Assembly: GCA_949283275.1 (NCBI GenBank)
Contig: CASDRW010000120.1
Location: 1 to 56,444 of the forward strand
Length of the DNA: 56,444 bases
From: an uncultured Pseudomonadota bacterium
Lineage (GTDB): Bacteria > Pseudomonadota > Alphaproteobacteria > RF32 > CAG-239
Direction of reading: 5' to 3'
In this document: positions 9,049 through 19,540 of the stretch, piece by piece
How the letters are laid out: every line of letters starts with the position of its first letter
Numbering within the stretch: the stretch's first letter is position 1
Translations under genes and position numbers: made by a program
The notes under the pieces: generated by a model
What the model was told of the DNA's origin: nothing
Database searches by the model: none
What the model saw: only the letters and a program-made list of their open reading frames with translations

Positions 9049-9531
9049 TTAAATATGATTTTTTAAATACGGAGCAAAAGCTTTGGCCACAGCCTTATAG
9101 ACATCTTTTTTAAAACTGATGATATTTTCTGCGGCTTCTTCAATGTCAATCCATTTAAATGCCCTAAATTCCACTTCTTGAGGATTGGTTACAAAATTTA
9201 TTTCGTCATCGCAGCCCCAAAAACGCAACAATACCCAATGCTGTTCTTGCCCGATTTCATTCCATCCCAAAGCCTTGCGTTTTTCTATAATTTGCTTGGG
9301 AAATTTATATCTTAGAGTTTCCGGTAAAACATATACTGTTTCCACCGAGATTATACCTGTTTCTTCTTTAAGCTCTCTTAAAGCGGCCTCAATTACATCT
9401 TCGTCATCTTCAATTCCGCCCTGAGGAAATTGCCAGCAATCTTCTTTTTTGTCGGCACGCGCACAAACCAAAACCTTGTTTTGGTTATTAAAAACAACAA
9501 TGCCTACATTTTTACGATATCCGTCAGGCAT
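9049..9531 (-). CDS. rppH: RNA pyrophosphohydrolase (NUDIX)
   Basis: 160 aa with the N-terminus GYRKNVGIVVFN and Nudix box GGIEDDEDVIEAALRELKEETGI. Confidence 0.9.
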   Translation of the reverse strand: MPDGYRKNVGIVVFNNQNKVLVCARADKKEDCWQFPQGGIEDDEDVIEAALRELKEETGIISVETVYVLPETLRYKFPKQIIEKRKALGWNEIGQEQHWVLLRFWGCDDEINFVTNPQEVEFRAFKWIDIEEAAENIISFKKDVYKAVAKAFAPYLKNHI

Positions 9532-10709
9532 TATTCTACTACCAAATTTGATAAAGGAACCAAAGCAAACGGCTTAGATATTTCAAGTGTTTTGGCTTCT
9601 TCATAAGAAACTTGAGGCGAAAAAGTCTTAATCCAGTTATATAGGGTAAAAATAATTATTGGTTTAGGGTCAGCAACGATTAAGACTTGGCCGTTATCAA
9701 AAGCGATATCTTCAGCGTTTTGCAGGTGTTTCTCAATAGTTTCTTTATCCATGTCTTTGTCAATAACAATATCGGCTTTTCGTCTTGCCAGACCATCAAT
9801 TTCTATTTTATCAATACCATCTTCATTGGTGGCATCAACTACAAGCAAACCGCGATTTTTTGCTTCTCCTAATAATGCAACCAAAAGGATTTTTGAGTTT
9901 TCGTCGGCAATACCGTCTCTTATGATTATACCACCTACAGGAGCAGGCTGCATAATTGTATCCCGAAATCTTTTTAAAGCCTCCTCTAAAGATAGATTTA
10001 GGGTTATGGAAAGAGGCCCAGTATCCTCTTTTAAGAAATCCCGAGAAGACAATAACAAATCGACATAAGTTTCATGACCGAGGGTTCTAGCCTTATTTAT
10101 GGCATCATAAGGTCTGGGAGTGTATGGTGTAAAGCTTAAGGAAACTTCAGAATCCAAAGCCTCGGCCACTTTATTAACGGCATTGATATCAAATCCCATT
10201 CCGGCAATAATGATAGCCACTTTCTTAAAATTAGGTTGAACATCAACCGTTGTCCCATAAGTACTCCAAGGTTTTTTAGCGGTATCGGAAATTTTTGGCA
10301 GCTTACGATTACCTTCTCCTGGTTCAATTAACGTTTCATCAAAGTCAATATAATCCAGTTGCTGTGTTGCGGTTTTTACTGGCAAATTTTGCAACAAAGG
10401 AACATTTTTCAATAAATCTTCCAAAGAAAATATAGTATCTTCTTCTGGTTTACGAGAAGGCTTATTTTCTTTAATAACATCAACAAAAATTTTTTCTTTT
10501 TTTACCGTTTTAAAGGCAAATTTATCAGGCAGCGTCAAAACAAATTTGGGAGCCTTATTATCTTTGTCAAACATCAGCTTATCAATTTTTGATAAATATA
10601 CCGGTTCGCTTTTTTCTTCGGCAAACCAATATCCGATTCCAAGCACAAAAGCCACAATCACCAAAACGGCTGTAATCAACTTGTCATATTTTTCTATAAT
10701 ATCGCGCAA
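9531..10709 (-). CDS. divergent polysaccharide deacetylase (YibQ-like) family protein
   Basis: 392 aa with an N-terminal TM helix. The C-terminal region resembles the YibQ family (VAIIIAGMGF...ETYVDLLL). It sits in the conserved ctpA-yibQ-rppH neighbourhood. Confidence 0.75.
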   Translation of the reverse strand: MRDIIEKYDKLITAVLVIVAFVLGIGYWFAEEKSEPVYLSKIDKLMFDKDNKAPKFVLTLPDKFAFKTVKKEKIFVDVIKENKPSRKPEEDTIFSLEDLLKNVPLLQNLPVKTATQQLDYIDFDETLIEPGEGNRKLPKISDTAKKPWSTYGTTVDVQPNFKKVAIIIAGMGFDINAVNKVAEALDSEVSLSFTPYTPRPYDAINKARTLGHETYVDLLLSSRDFLKEDTGPLSITLNLSLEEALKRFRDTIMQPAPVGGIIIRDGIADENSKILLVALLGEAKNRGLLVVDATNEDGIDKIEIDGLARRKADIVIDKDMDKETIEKHLQNAEDIAFDNGQVLIVADPKPIIIFTLYNWIKTFSPQVSYEEAKTLEISKPFALVPLSNLVVE

Positions 10710-10722
10710 AAGCTACATCTCC

Positions 10723-12015
10723 CTATTTGTCTTGGGTATAAATATTAAGAGCTTTAACTAAATCGACAGCTCTAGATAGTTGGTAATCTTTGCGCCAATC
10801 TTTATCTTCGTCTTTGGTGTCATCTTTTTTCTTTTTATCATCCTTAATGGTTTCATTTTTCAAAGCATTGGTGTATTCGGCCTCGCTAAAACCATATTCA
10901 TTAGTAAATTCCTCAATTTTTGCCGGATGCACCACAATATCAGGTTCAATACCGGTTGCCTGAATTGAGCGTCCCGAAGGAGTATAGTATCTAGCGGTAG
11001 TTAGGCGCATAGCTCCGTCATTTCCCAAAGGAACAACGGTTTGCACACTGCCTTTACCAAAAGATTTTTCGCCTATAACAACTGCACGTTTATGATCTTG
11101 TAAAGCTCCTGCCACAATTTCCGAGGCTGAGGCCGAACCATTGTTAATCAGCACCACAATAGGTAGTCCTTCGGTAATATCTTTGCCTTTAGCTGAATAA
11201 CGCAAGGTATCTTCCTCGTTTCTGGCTCTGGTTGAAACCACCTCACCTTGATTAAGAAATAAGCTGGATACAGCAACCGCCTGATCCAAAAGCCCTCCAG
11301 GGTTGTTTCTCACATCCAAAACAATACCTTTCAAAGGCTCTTTGCGGTCTTTGGTTGCTTTCTCAAAGGCTTTTTTAATATCCTTATCTACATCTTCGGA
11401 GAAAGAGCCGATTCTCACATATAAAACATCATCATCTTTAATATCGCTTTTAACCGATTGCGTTTTAATTTCTTCACGCTTCAAGGTAACATCAAAAGGT
11501 TTTTCGTTAATTCTTCTAATGGTAAGTTTTACTTTTGTACCCGGTTTGCCGCGCATTTTGTCAACAGCCTCATTTAATGTCATGCCGATGATAGTTTCGC
11601 CGTCGATATTGGTAATATAATCACCAGGTTTAAGTCCAGCCTTAAAAGCTGGGGTGTCATCAATTGGTGATACAATTTTAACCACACCTTGCTCCATGGT
11701 TATCTCAATTCCCAAACCGCCGAATTTTCCTGAAGTTTGCTCATTCATATATTTAAAATCTTTTTCATCCAAATAGCTTGAATGCGGGTCAAGAGAGGTC
11801 AACATACCGTTAATTGCCGCTTCAATCAACTGCTTATCGCTGACTTCCTCGACATAAGAAGCTTTAGCTCTCTCCAAAACCTCGCCGAACAAATTCAAAA
11901 GCTCATAAGAGCTTATATCCTCATCTTTATTGTCCTTAGCCGGCTTAGCTTCGCAAGCAACGGCATTCATCATCAAAGCCGTCAAAGTAACTATAAGCAG
12001 TTTTTTAATCATCAT
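10723..12015 (-). CDS. ctpA: carboxy-terminal processing peptidase (S41)
   Basis: 430 aa with a signal peptide, a PDZ segment (GLKPGDYITNIDG) and an S41 core (VLINNGSASASEIVAGALQD, GKGSVQ). Confidence 0.92.
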   Translation of the reverse strand: MMIKKLLIVTLTALMMNAVACEAKPAKDNKDEDISSYELLNLFGEVLERAKASYVEEVSDKQLIEAAINGMLTSLDPHSSYLDEKDFKYMNEQTSGKFGGLGIEITMEQGVVKIVSPIDDTPAFKAGLKPGDYITNIDGETIIGMTLNEAVDKMRGKPGTKVKLTIRRINEKPFDVTLKREEIKTQSVKSDIKDDDVLYVRIGSFSEDVDKDIKKAFEKATKDRKEPLKGIVLDVRNNPGGLLDQAVAVSSLFLNQGEVVSTRARNEEDTLRYSAKGKDITEGLPIVVLINNGSASASEIVAGALQDHKRAVVIGEKSFGKGSVQTVVPLGNDGAMRLTTARYYTPSGRSIQATGIEPDIVVHPAKIEEFTNEYGFSEAEYTNALKNETIKDDKKKKDDTKDEDKDWRKDYQLSRAVDLVKALNIYTQDK

Positions 12016-12031
12016 AACACACCCCTAATTT

Positions 12032-13261
12032 CTAAATTTTAAACCAAGCTGCCGGATTAATCGGCTGATTATTTTTACGCAACTCAATATATAGTTCCGC
12101 ATTTTCTTGTTTAGGCATTACGCCGATGGGTTCTCCGGCCAACAACATCTGTCCCAACTCAACATCTATATTTCCGAGCCCCGACATCAATGACAAATAT
12201 CCCTCGCCATGCTCCACAATAATCATATTGCCATATCCTCTAAAAGGCCCTGCAAAAACCACAGCCCCGTCAAAAGGCGAAATAACCTGAGCATTTTCTC
12301 TTGTTGCAATGGTTATTCCTTTTGCCGAAACACCGCCTGCTTGCTGTTCGCCATAGCGCGAAATGATTTTTCCTCTGGCAGGAACGGGCAATTTGCCTTT
12401 AGCTAAAGCAAAACCGTGCGCTATATTTGTTATAGCGGCTTGCTCAGATTTAATCAAGTCATCAGATTGTTTTTCCTCTAGTTTTCTTTTTTCTTCTTCT
12501 CTGCGACGTTGTTCTGCTTCTCTTGCTTCTTTTTCTTGGCGTTGTTTTTCGATTTGCTTTAACAAGTCGCGCAAATCCTGCGCTTGAGAGGCGAGCTTAT
12601 CCATATTCTTTTTAGCTTGTTCAGATTTAATCTCAACACTGTTACGTAATTTTGATTTTTTTTGCACCAACTGTTGCATTCTTTTGTGTTCAGCCTGCAA
12701 TAATATTTTTTGTTTGGATATTTCGCTGATTTGCTTTTCGATTTTTTGTTTTTTTGCAGCAATATTTTGCAATTTTTCACGAATTCTTTGGGCGTTTTCT
12801 TCCAAATGCGGCACGGTTTCACGCAAAACAATGGCGCTTCTTATTATATCCACCGGCCCCAGAGGTTGCACCAAAAGAGATTCTGTTGGTTTAAGAGCCA
12901 GATTTTGCAATGCTGCCAAAGTTTTTATTAAATTATCGTCTTCTTTGGTAAAGCCTTTTTGCGCCGCTTCAAGATCTTTTTCCAAAGCTGTTAATTGATT
13001 TTCCATATTAGACAGCCGGTCCTCATTATTTTGAATTTGCCTTGCGGCTTTAATCATCTCGCGGCTGACCGTAGTTAATTCAAGGTTGATTTGGGTGGCT
13101 TGGGCCTGCAGCTTTTTGTGTTCCATACTTTGCTGCAACACTTGCTCTTCCATTTTTTTCAAGTCTTCTTTTGACGGCTTTGCAGCTTCGGCGGTATCAA
13201 GGCTAAAACCTAGCAATACCGCCGCCAGAACACTGTATTTAAAAGCTACTTTTAAGTCCAT
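12032..13261 (-). CDS. EnvC-like murein hydrolase activator (coiled coil + degenerate M23/LytM domain)
   Basis: 409 aa with a signal peptide and a long coiled coil. The C-terminal LytM domain has lost its metal ligands (KGITIAT instead of HxGIDI; ELYIELR instead of HLHFE). Confidence 0.85.
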   Translation of the reverse strand: MDLKVAFKYSVLAAVLLGFSLDTAEAAKPSKEDLKKMEEQVLQQSMEHKKLQAQATQINLELTTVSREMIKAARQIQNNEDRLSNMENQLTALEKDLEAAQKGFTKEDDNLIKTLAALQNLALKPTESLLVQPLGPVDIIRSAIVLRETVPHLEENAQRIREKLQNIAAKKQKIEKQISEISKQKILLQAEHKRMQQLVQKKSKLRNSVEIKSEQAKKNMDKLASQAQDLRDLLKQIEKQRQEKEAREAEQRRREEEKRKLEEKQSDDLIKSEQAAITNIAHGFALAKGKLPVPARGKIISRYGEQQAGGVSAKGITIATRENAQVISPFDGAVVFAGPFRGYGNMIIVEHGEGYLSLMSGLGNIDVELGQMLLAGEPIGVMPKQENAELYIELRKNNQPINPAAWFKI

Positions 13262-13264
13262 TGG

Positions 13265-14797
13265 TTATCTCTTCAATAACGAAACTCCGGTCATCTCATC
13301 AGGTTGTTTAATGCCCAAAAGCTCAAGCATTGTCGGCGCAATATCAGCAAGTCTTCCGTCTTTCAAAGCTTTAACTCCGCTTTTGTCATTAACCAATATT
13401 GCTTGTACTTTGCCAACCGTGTGCGCCGTATAAGGCTGTCCGGTAACTTCGTCAACCATTTTTTCGGCATTGCCGTGATCAGCGGTTACAATCAACACAC
13501 CGCCGACATCTTTGATTGCTTTTTCAACTTTGCCCAAACATTCGTCAACCGCAGCCACGGCTTTTAATGCGGCCTCCATAATACCGGTATGTCCCACCAT
13601 ATCACCGTTGGCAAAATTGCAGATGATTACATCAAATTTTTTGTTTTCGATAGCCTGAACCAATTGCTCGGTAACTTCATAAACGCTCATCTCTGGCTTT
13701 AGATCATAAGTCGCAACTTTTGGGCTGGCAATTAAAATACGTTCTTCACCCTTAAATTCGCGTTCTTCGCCGCCGTTAAAAAAGAACGTAACATGAGCAT
13801 ATTTTTCGGTTTCGGCAATACGCAGCTGGGTTAAACCGTGTTCTGCCACCACTTCGCCCAAAATATTAACCAGCTGCTCCGGCGGAAAGATGGTTTGCAT
13901 AAAGCGGTTGTGGTCAACCGAATATTCCGTCATTCCGATATGCGATGAGAATTTAACGGTTTTTTTGCGCGCAAATCCGCTAAACTCGGTATCGGCCAAA
14001 GCATAAAGAATTTCTCTTGCTCTATCGGCCCTGAAATTTGCCATCAAAACAGCATCGCCATCTTGCATTCCTTGATAGTTGCCGATAACTGCCGGTATAA
14101 CAAACTCATCGGTAACCTTGTCGGCATAAGATGCTTTTATGGCCTCATCGGCGCTGGCAAAACGTTTACCGTCGGCAAACACCATATTGTTATAAGCTTT
14201 TTCGATTCTGTCCCAGCGTTTATCACGATCCATGGCATAGAAGCGTCCTTCAATGGTGGCAATTTCCACATTATGCAAATTGGCAATATCTTTTTCAAAC
14301 TGCGCCAGATATTGGACGGCTGACGATGGCGGTGTATCACGTCCGTCCAAAAAGGCATGAACCCTGACCGGAATGCCATGGCTGCTGATAATTTTTGCCA
14401 AAGCCAGAATATGGCTCTGCATTGAGTGTACTCCGCCCGGCGACATCAATCCCATAAGATGGCAGGTTTTGCCGTTATCGCGCAATTTTTCAATCATCTT
14501 AAGCAAGGTTGGATTTTTAGCTAAAGATCCGTCCTTAATGGCCTGGTCAATTTTCGGCAAATCTTGCATAACCACGCGTCCTGCACCAAGATTGGTGTGT
14601 CCCACTTCGGAGTTGCCCATTTGTCCCTCGGGCAAACCAACCGCCAGACCTGAGGTTTCAACAAAACCATGCGGGCATTCTTTAAGCAATCTGTGCCAAT
14701 TTGGAGTATGTCCGTTTTCAATGGCATTATCTGGTGTAATTTTTTCGCGGTATCCCCAGCCGTCCAAAATAAGAAGCATTACAGGTTTTTGTGTCAT
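13265..14797 (-). CDS. gpmI: 2,3-bisphosphoglycerate-independent phosphoglycerate mutase
   Basis: 510 aa with N-terminus PVMLLILDGWG, NSEVGHTNLGAGR and C-terminal TADHGNAE. Confidence 0.96.
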   Translation of the reverse strand: MTQKPVMLLILDGWGYREKITPDNAIENGHTPNWHRLLKECPHGFVETSGLAVGLPEGQMGNSEVGHTNLGAGRVVMQDLPKIDQAIKDGSLAKNPTLLKMIEKLRDNGKTCHLMGLMSPGGVHSMQSHILALAKIISSHGIPVRVHAFLDGRDTPPSSAVQYLAQFEKDIANLHNVEIATIEGRFYAMDRDKRWDRIEKAYNNMVFADGKRFASADEAIKASYADKVTDEFVIPAVIGNYQGMQDGDAVLMANFRADRAREILYALADTEFSGFARKKTVKFSSHIGMTEYSVDHNRFMQTIFPPEQLVNILGEVVAEHGLTQLRIAETEKYAHVTFFFNGGEEREFKGEERILIASPKVATYDLKPEMSVYEVTEQLVQAIENKKFDVIICNFANGDMVGHTGIMEAALKAVAAVDECLGKVEKAIKDVGGVLIVTADHGNAEKMVDEVTGQPYTAHTVGKVQAILVNDKSGVKALKDGRLADIAPTMLELLGIKQPDEMTGVSLLKR

Positions 14798-14881
14798 TTT
14801 CTCATATCCTTTATATTTCGTAAAAACTTTTTGCCATTATATATAATATTTCCCAAACTAAAAGCACTATTTTTTTTAATT

Positions 14882-16654
14882 TTACTGCATGATTTTTTTC
14901 CAAATTTTGCCCGGCAAACCTGAACCGTAAACATATTTCATCGGTGAATCGTCATCATTTCCGACCCACACCGCACAGATTAAATTATCATCAAAACCGA
15001 CAAACCAAGCATCGCGGTGGTCTTGCGATGTTCCTGTTTTACCATAAGCTTCGCGGCCGATATTGGCATTACGTCCGGTTCCGGTTTTCATTACCTCGCG
15101 CAGAAGTTTTTTCATCAATATGGTTTTGTCTTCTGCAAATATTCGCAAAGGTCCGCTGTCTAGCCGCTGATAAAGCTGAAAACCATCGTTGCTGTAAATT
15201 TCCTCCACCGTATACGGCCGAACCGCCAAGCCGCCGTTTAAGATTGTTGCATAAGCTGCCGCCAAATCAATAACTTTAACCCCTGATGTTCCCAAAGCCA
15301 AAGACAAATCATTTTCCAAATTGGTAGTGATGCCCATTTTTTTGGCATTGCTGATAATGGCTCCGGTGCCGATTTTTCTTGCCAAATTGATGGTTGCCAA
15401 ATTAAGCGACTTGGCAAAAGCCTGTCTCAAGGTCACCGGTCCGTAAACTTTATGGTCGTCGTTTTCCGGCATCCAATCGCCGAATTTTACCGGCTTGTCC
15501 TCAATAATATCCTCGGGCATCATTCCTTGGTTGATTGCTGTCATATAAACAAACAGCTTAAACGCCGATCCCGGTTGGCGTATCGCCTGAGTTGCGCGGT
15601 TAAATTGGCTTTGCCAGTAATTAACTCCGCCAACCATGGCTTTGATGGCGCCTTGTTTATCCATCACCACCACCGCACCTTGAGTAACATTTTTATCTTT
15701 GGCATTGGCAATTTCTTCTTGCAAGATTTTGGATGCTTTTTCCTGCAACTCTTGGTCAAGCGTGGTCAAAGCATAGATATCTTGTTCTTGCTCACCGATG
15801 CGGGCAATGATTTCATTATAGGCAAAATCGGCAAAATAGGCTCCGTCTTTTACTTTTGCCGGTTTTTCTTTACCCAGTGGCATTTTAAGCGCTCGGTTAT
15901 AATCTTCCTCTGACAAGAGATTTGTATCTTTCATAATTCCCAAAACCACAGATGCTCTTTCAAGTGCTCTTTCTTTTGAGGCAATAGGGTTATAGCGCGA
16001 CGGAGCTTTAAGCATTCCGGCCAAAATGGCTCCTTCCAAAATATTCAAGTCGCGCGAGGTTTTTTGAAAATATTTTTGCGCTGCCGCCTCAATGCCATAA
16101 GCGCCGTTGCCGAAATATACCCGGTTCAGATAAAGGGTCAAAATCTGCTCTTTGGAGAATTTATATTCCAGCCAAAAAGCAAGCAAAAGCTCTTGTGCTT
16201 TGCGGTTAATGGTTTTTTTGTTGGTTAGAAACAAATTTTTGGCCACTTGCTGGGTGATGGTGCTGCCACCTTGGACAAACCTTCCGGCAAAGACGTTGGC
16301 AAACATGGCGCGGGTAAACGAGATTATATCAAACCCGAAATGGCTGTAAAAGCGCCTGTCTTCGGTATAGACAATAGCATCCACCACATATTGCGGCAAC
16401 TCTTCTGCGCGGATGATTTCGGAATATACCGTGCCAAAACTTTGCACTTCGTTGCCGTTTTCGGCAATAATGGTGGTAGAGGGCAGACGCGTGCGATTAA
16501 TTGCCTCGTCCAAATCGGGCAAAGTTATCAGACAAAACAACAGATAGACCAAAACCAAAGCCCCCGCAAACAAGCCGAGCTTAAACAGTTTTATCCATTT
16601 GCCGTTGTGTTTTTTGCGTCTTGTTGTTTTATGTTTTTTGGTCTTTTTTGCCAC
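14882..16654 (-). CDS. class A penicillin-binding protein (glycosyltransferase + transpeptidase)
   Basis: 590 aa with a basic N-terminus and TM helix. GT51 motifs EDRRFYSHFG and GGSTITQQ are present, plus transpeptidase SAFK, SLN and KTGTS. Confidence 0.9.
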   Translation of the reverse strand: MAKKTKKHKTTRRKKHNGKWIKLFKLGLFAGALVLVYLLFCLITLPDLDEAINRTRLPSTTIIAENGNEVQSFGTVYSEIIRAEELPQYVVDAIVYTEDRRFYSHFGFDIISFTRAMFANVFAGRFVQGGSTITQQVAKNLFLTNKKTINRKAQELLLAFWLEYKFSKEQILTLYLNRVYFGNGAYGIEAAAQKYFQKTSRDLNILEGAILAGMLKAPSRYNPIASKERALERASVVLGIMKDTNLLSEEDYNRALKMPLGKEKPAKVKDGAYFADFAYNEIIARIGEQEQDIYALTTLDQELQEKASKILQEEIANAKDKNVTQGAVVVMDKQGAIKAMVGGVNYWQSQFNRATQAIRQPGSAFKLFVYMTAINQGMMPEDIIEDKPVKFGDWMPENDDHKVYGPVTLRQAFAKSLNLATINLARKIGTGAIISNAKKMGITTNLENDLSLALGTSGVKVIDLAAAYATILNGGLAVRPYTVEEIYSNDGFQLYQRLDSGPLRIFAEDKTILMKKLLREVMKTGTGRNANIGREAYGKTGTSQDHRDAWFVGFDDNLICAVWVGNDDDSPMKYVYGSGLPGKIWKKIMQ

Positions 16655-16806
16655 GTCTCACCTCATAAATCACCGATTCTTTTGTTTCTTTTACCACAAA
16701 TAAGTTAAAGAAAATTTTAATGTTATAAACCTTTTTAATTTGTTGGCTTTGTGTTAAATAATCTGGTAAACTTTTTTGTTGTAATCATAAACGGAGTTTT
16801 TGTTAG

Positions 16807-19530
16807 ATGAGCGGGAAGATATGTTTAATTGACGGTTCGGGCTATATTTTCAGGGCGTTTTATGGCCTTCCGCCGCTCACCGCTCCCGACGGCACGCCGG
16901 TTAATGCCGTCTATGGATTTACCAATATGTTTCTAAGGCTCACCACCAAAATAGATTGCGACTATTGCTTGGTTTTGTTTGACGCCAAACGGCAAAATTT
17001 CCGCAACGACATCTATGCCGACTACAAAGGCACCCGCAAAGAAACCCCGCCCGAGCTTATACCTCAGTTTCCGCTGATTCGCGAGGCTGTCAATGTCCTA
17101 AACATCAGCTTTCTTGAGCAAGAAGGCTATGAGGCCGATGATTTAATCGCCACTTTTGCCGACAAAGCTCTCTCCCAAGGGCTTGATGTGGTGGTTGTCT
17201 CCGGTGACAAAGATTTGATGCAGCTTATTCGCCCGCATGTCGAATTTTATGATCCGATGAAAGACAAGTTTTTTACGCCTGAGGATGTCAAAGAAAAATT
17301 CGGCGTCTATCCCGACAAAGTGGTAGAGGTTCAAGCTCTTTCGGGCGATAGTATCGACAATGTGCCGGGTATCCCCGGCATTGGCCCCAAAACCGCCGCC
17401 CAGCTTATTAACGAATATGGCTCGGTCGAGGGCTTGCTTGCCCATGCGCAAGAGATAAAGCAGGAAAAGCGCCGCCAGGCTGTTATTGATAATGCCGAAA
17501 ACGCGCGTATTTCGCTTCGGTTGGTAACCCTAAAAAACGATGTTCCGGTTACTCAAAACATCAAAGATTTTGTTTGCCGCTGTCCCGATGCTGAGCGGTT
17601 GCATGCTTTTATTGATAAATATGGTTTTAATTCGCTAAAAAATCGGGTTGAAAAATGGCTTTCCGAGCGGTGTCGTCAGGTATCGGAGCATATTGTGCCC
17701 CAAATCATAAAAAAATATACCTTGGTTAACGACGAAAAAAGCCTCCAGGCGCTTGCCTTGCGCATCAAGGAAGAGCGGATATTTGCGTTTTCAGTTGCTT
17801 CAAGTGGGCTGTTTGCCAAGCCCGAGGGGCTGGGCTTTGCCGTCAAACCTGGCGAGGCCTACTGCCTTCCGCTAAAGGTGCAAACATCTGGCAACATGGA
17901 TTTGTTTGCCGCCGCAGATGATAAAAAATATATTGATGAGGACTTGTTTGCGCGCTATCTCAAACCGTTGTTTGCCGATTCTTCCATCCTCAAAATCGGC
18001 CACAACCTAAAAGACGCCATGCACTTAATTGCCAAAAGTTTTGGCCAAACGGCATTTTTCCCTTATGATGATGTGGCGGTAATGTCCTATTGTTTGGATA
18101 GTTCCGAGCATTCTCATGACTTAAATACGCTTGCCTCACTCTTTTTTGAAGAAACTCTGCCCTCTTTGGATGATATGTTAGGCACTGGCAAATCCCGCCA
18201 AAGCTTTGGTTCATTAGAAGAAAACCAAGCTTTGGAATATCTTTGCTCGCAGGCTGACTATACTTTAAGGCTGCAAATCTTTTTGCGCCGCCGTTTGCTT
18301 GATGAAAAACGCACTCGTGTTTATGAGGTTTTTGATCGCCCCCTGCTTCAAACTCTTTATAATATGGAAACCTGCGGTGTAAAGGTCAATGCGCAAGAGC
18401 TAACGGAACTAAGCCGCTATTTTGACGAGAGGATGAAGTCGCTTGAGGCTGAGATTTTTGTGCTTGCAGGCGAGGAATTTAATGTCGGCTCGCCCAAACA
18501 AATCGGCGACATTTTGTTTGGCAAACTTGGGCTAAAGGGCAAAAAAACCGCCTCTGGTGCTTGGGCCACCGGAGCTGATATTTTGGCCGATTTGGCAGAC
18601 GAGGGGATTGAGCTTGCCGCTAAAATTTTGGATTGGCGCGAGCTAAGCAAGCTCAAATCGACCTACACCGATTCTCTGGCCGTATTGCTTGATAGCAAGG
18701 GGCGTGTTCATACCACCTATACCCAAACCGTTGCCAACACCGGCAGGCTGGCCTCCAACAATCCCAATTTGCAAAACATTCCCATCCGCAGCGAAGACGG
18801 GCGCAAAATCCGCTCTTGTTTTATTGCTAAAGAAGGCCACAAGCTGATATCTTGCGACTATTCGCAAGTAGAGCTGAGGCTTTTGGCCGATGTTGCCGAT
18901 GTCAAAAAGCTCAAAGAAGCCTTTGCCCAAGGTATTGATATTCATACCGCCACCGCCTCGCACGTGTTTGGAGTATCGCCCGATAAGGTTGATGCCAATC
19001 TGCGCCGCCATGCCAAGGCGATAAACTTTGGTATTGTCTATGGTATTTCGGCCTTTGGTCTGGCCAAAAACATCGGTGTATCAACATCCGAGGCCAAGGC
19101 CTATATTGATGCCTATTTTGCCCAAATGCCCGAGATTAAAACTTATATGGAAAAAACCATTGCCTTTGCCCATGCCCATGGCTATGTCGAAACGCCTTTT
19201 GGGCGCAAATGTTCGGTTTTAGGTATTAATGATGCCAACAAGCGTTTGTCTGCCAATGCCGAGCGTGTGGCAATCAATGCGCCGATTCAAGGCGGCGCGG
19301 CCGATATCATCAAGCTTGCCATGAACAAAATCGAGGATGTTTTGTCATCGCAAGGCCTCAAGACCAAAATGCTTTTGCAGGTGCATGACGAGTTGGTTTT
19401 TGAAGCCCCCGATGAAGAAGTCAACGAAGCCCTAAAACTTGTCAAATACCATATGGAAAACATTGTTGATTCATCGGTTGAATTCAAGGCCGAGGCCGGC
19501 GTCGGCCAAACCTGGACCGAAGCCCACTAA
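16807..19530 (+). CDS. polA: DNA polymerase I
   Basis: 907 aa with a 5'-nuclease N-terminus (LIDGSGYIFRAFY). Pol A motifs DYSQVELRLLA, RRHAKAINFGIVYG and QVHDELVFE are present. Confidence 0.97.
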   Translation: MSGKICLIDGSGYIFRAFYGLPPLTAPDGTPVNAVYGFTNMFLRLTTKIDCDYCLVLFDAKRQNFRNDIYADYKGTRKETPPELIPQFPLIREAVNVLNISFLEQEGYEADDLIATFADKALSQGLDVVVVSGDKDLMQLIRPHVEFYDPMKDKFFTPEDVKEKFGVYPDKVVEVQALSGDSIDNVPGIPGIGPKTAAQLINEYGSVEGLLAHAQEIKQEKRRQAVIDNAENARISLRLVTLKNDVPVTQNIKDFVCRCPDAERLHAFIDKYGFNSLKNRVEKWLSERCRQVSEHIVPQIIKKYTLVNDEKSLQALALRIKEERIFAFSVASSGLFAKPEGLGFAVKPGEAYCLPLKVQTSGNMDLFAAADDKKYIDEDLFARYLKPLFADSSILKIGHNLKDAMHLIAKSFGQTAFFPYDDVAVMSYCLDSSEHSHDLNTLASLFFEETLPSLDDMLGTGKSRQSFGSLEENQALEYLCSQADYTLRLQIFLRRRLLDEKRTRVYEVFDRPLLQTLYNMETCGVKVNAQELTELSRYFDERMKSLEAEIFVLAGEEFNVGSPKQIGDILFGKLGLKGKKTASGAWATGADILADLADEGIELAAKILDWRELSKLKSTYTDSLAVLLDSKGRVHTTYTQTVANTGRLASNNPNLQNIPIRSEDGRKIRSCFIAKEGHKLISCDYSQVELRLLADVADVKKLKEAFAQGIDIHTATASHVFGVSPDKVDANLRRHAKAINFGIVYGISAFGLAKNIGVSTSEAKAYIDAYFAQMPEIKTYMEKTIAFAHAHGYVETPFGRKCSVLGINDANKRLSANAERVAINAPIQGGAADIIKLAMNKIEDVLSSQGLKTKMLLQVHDELVFEAPDEEVNEALKLVKYHMENIVDSSVEFKAEAGVGQTWTEAH

Positions 19531-19540
19531 TAAAATGACG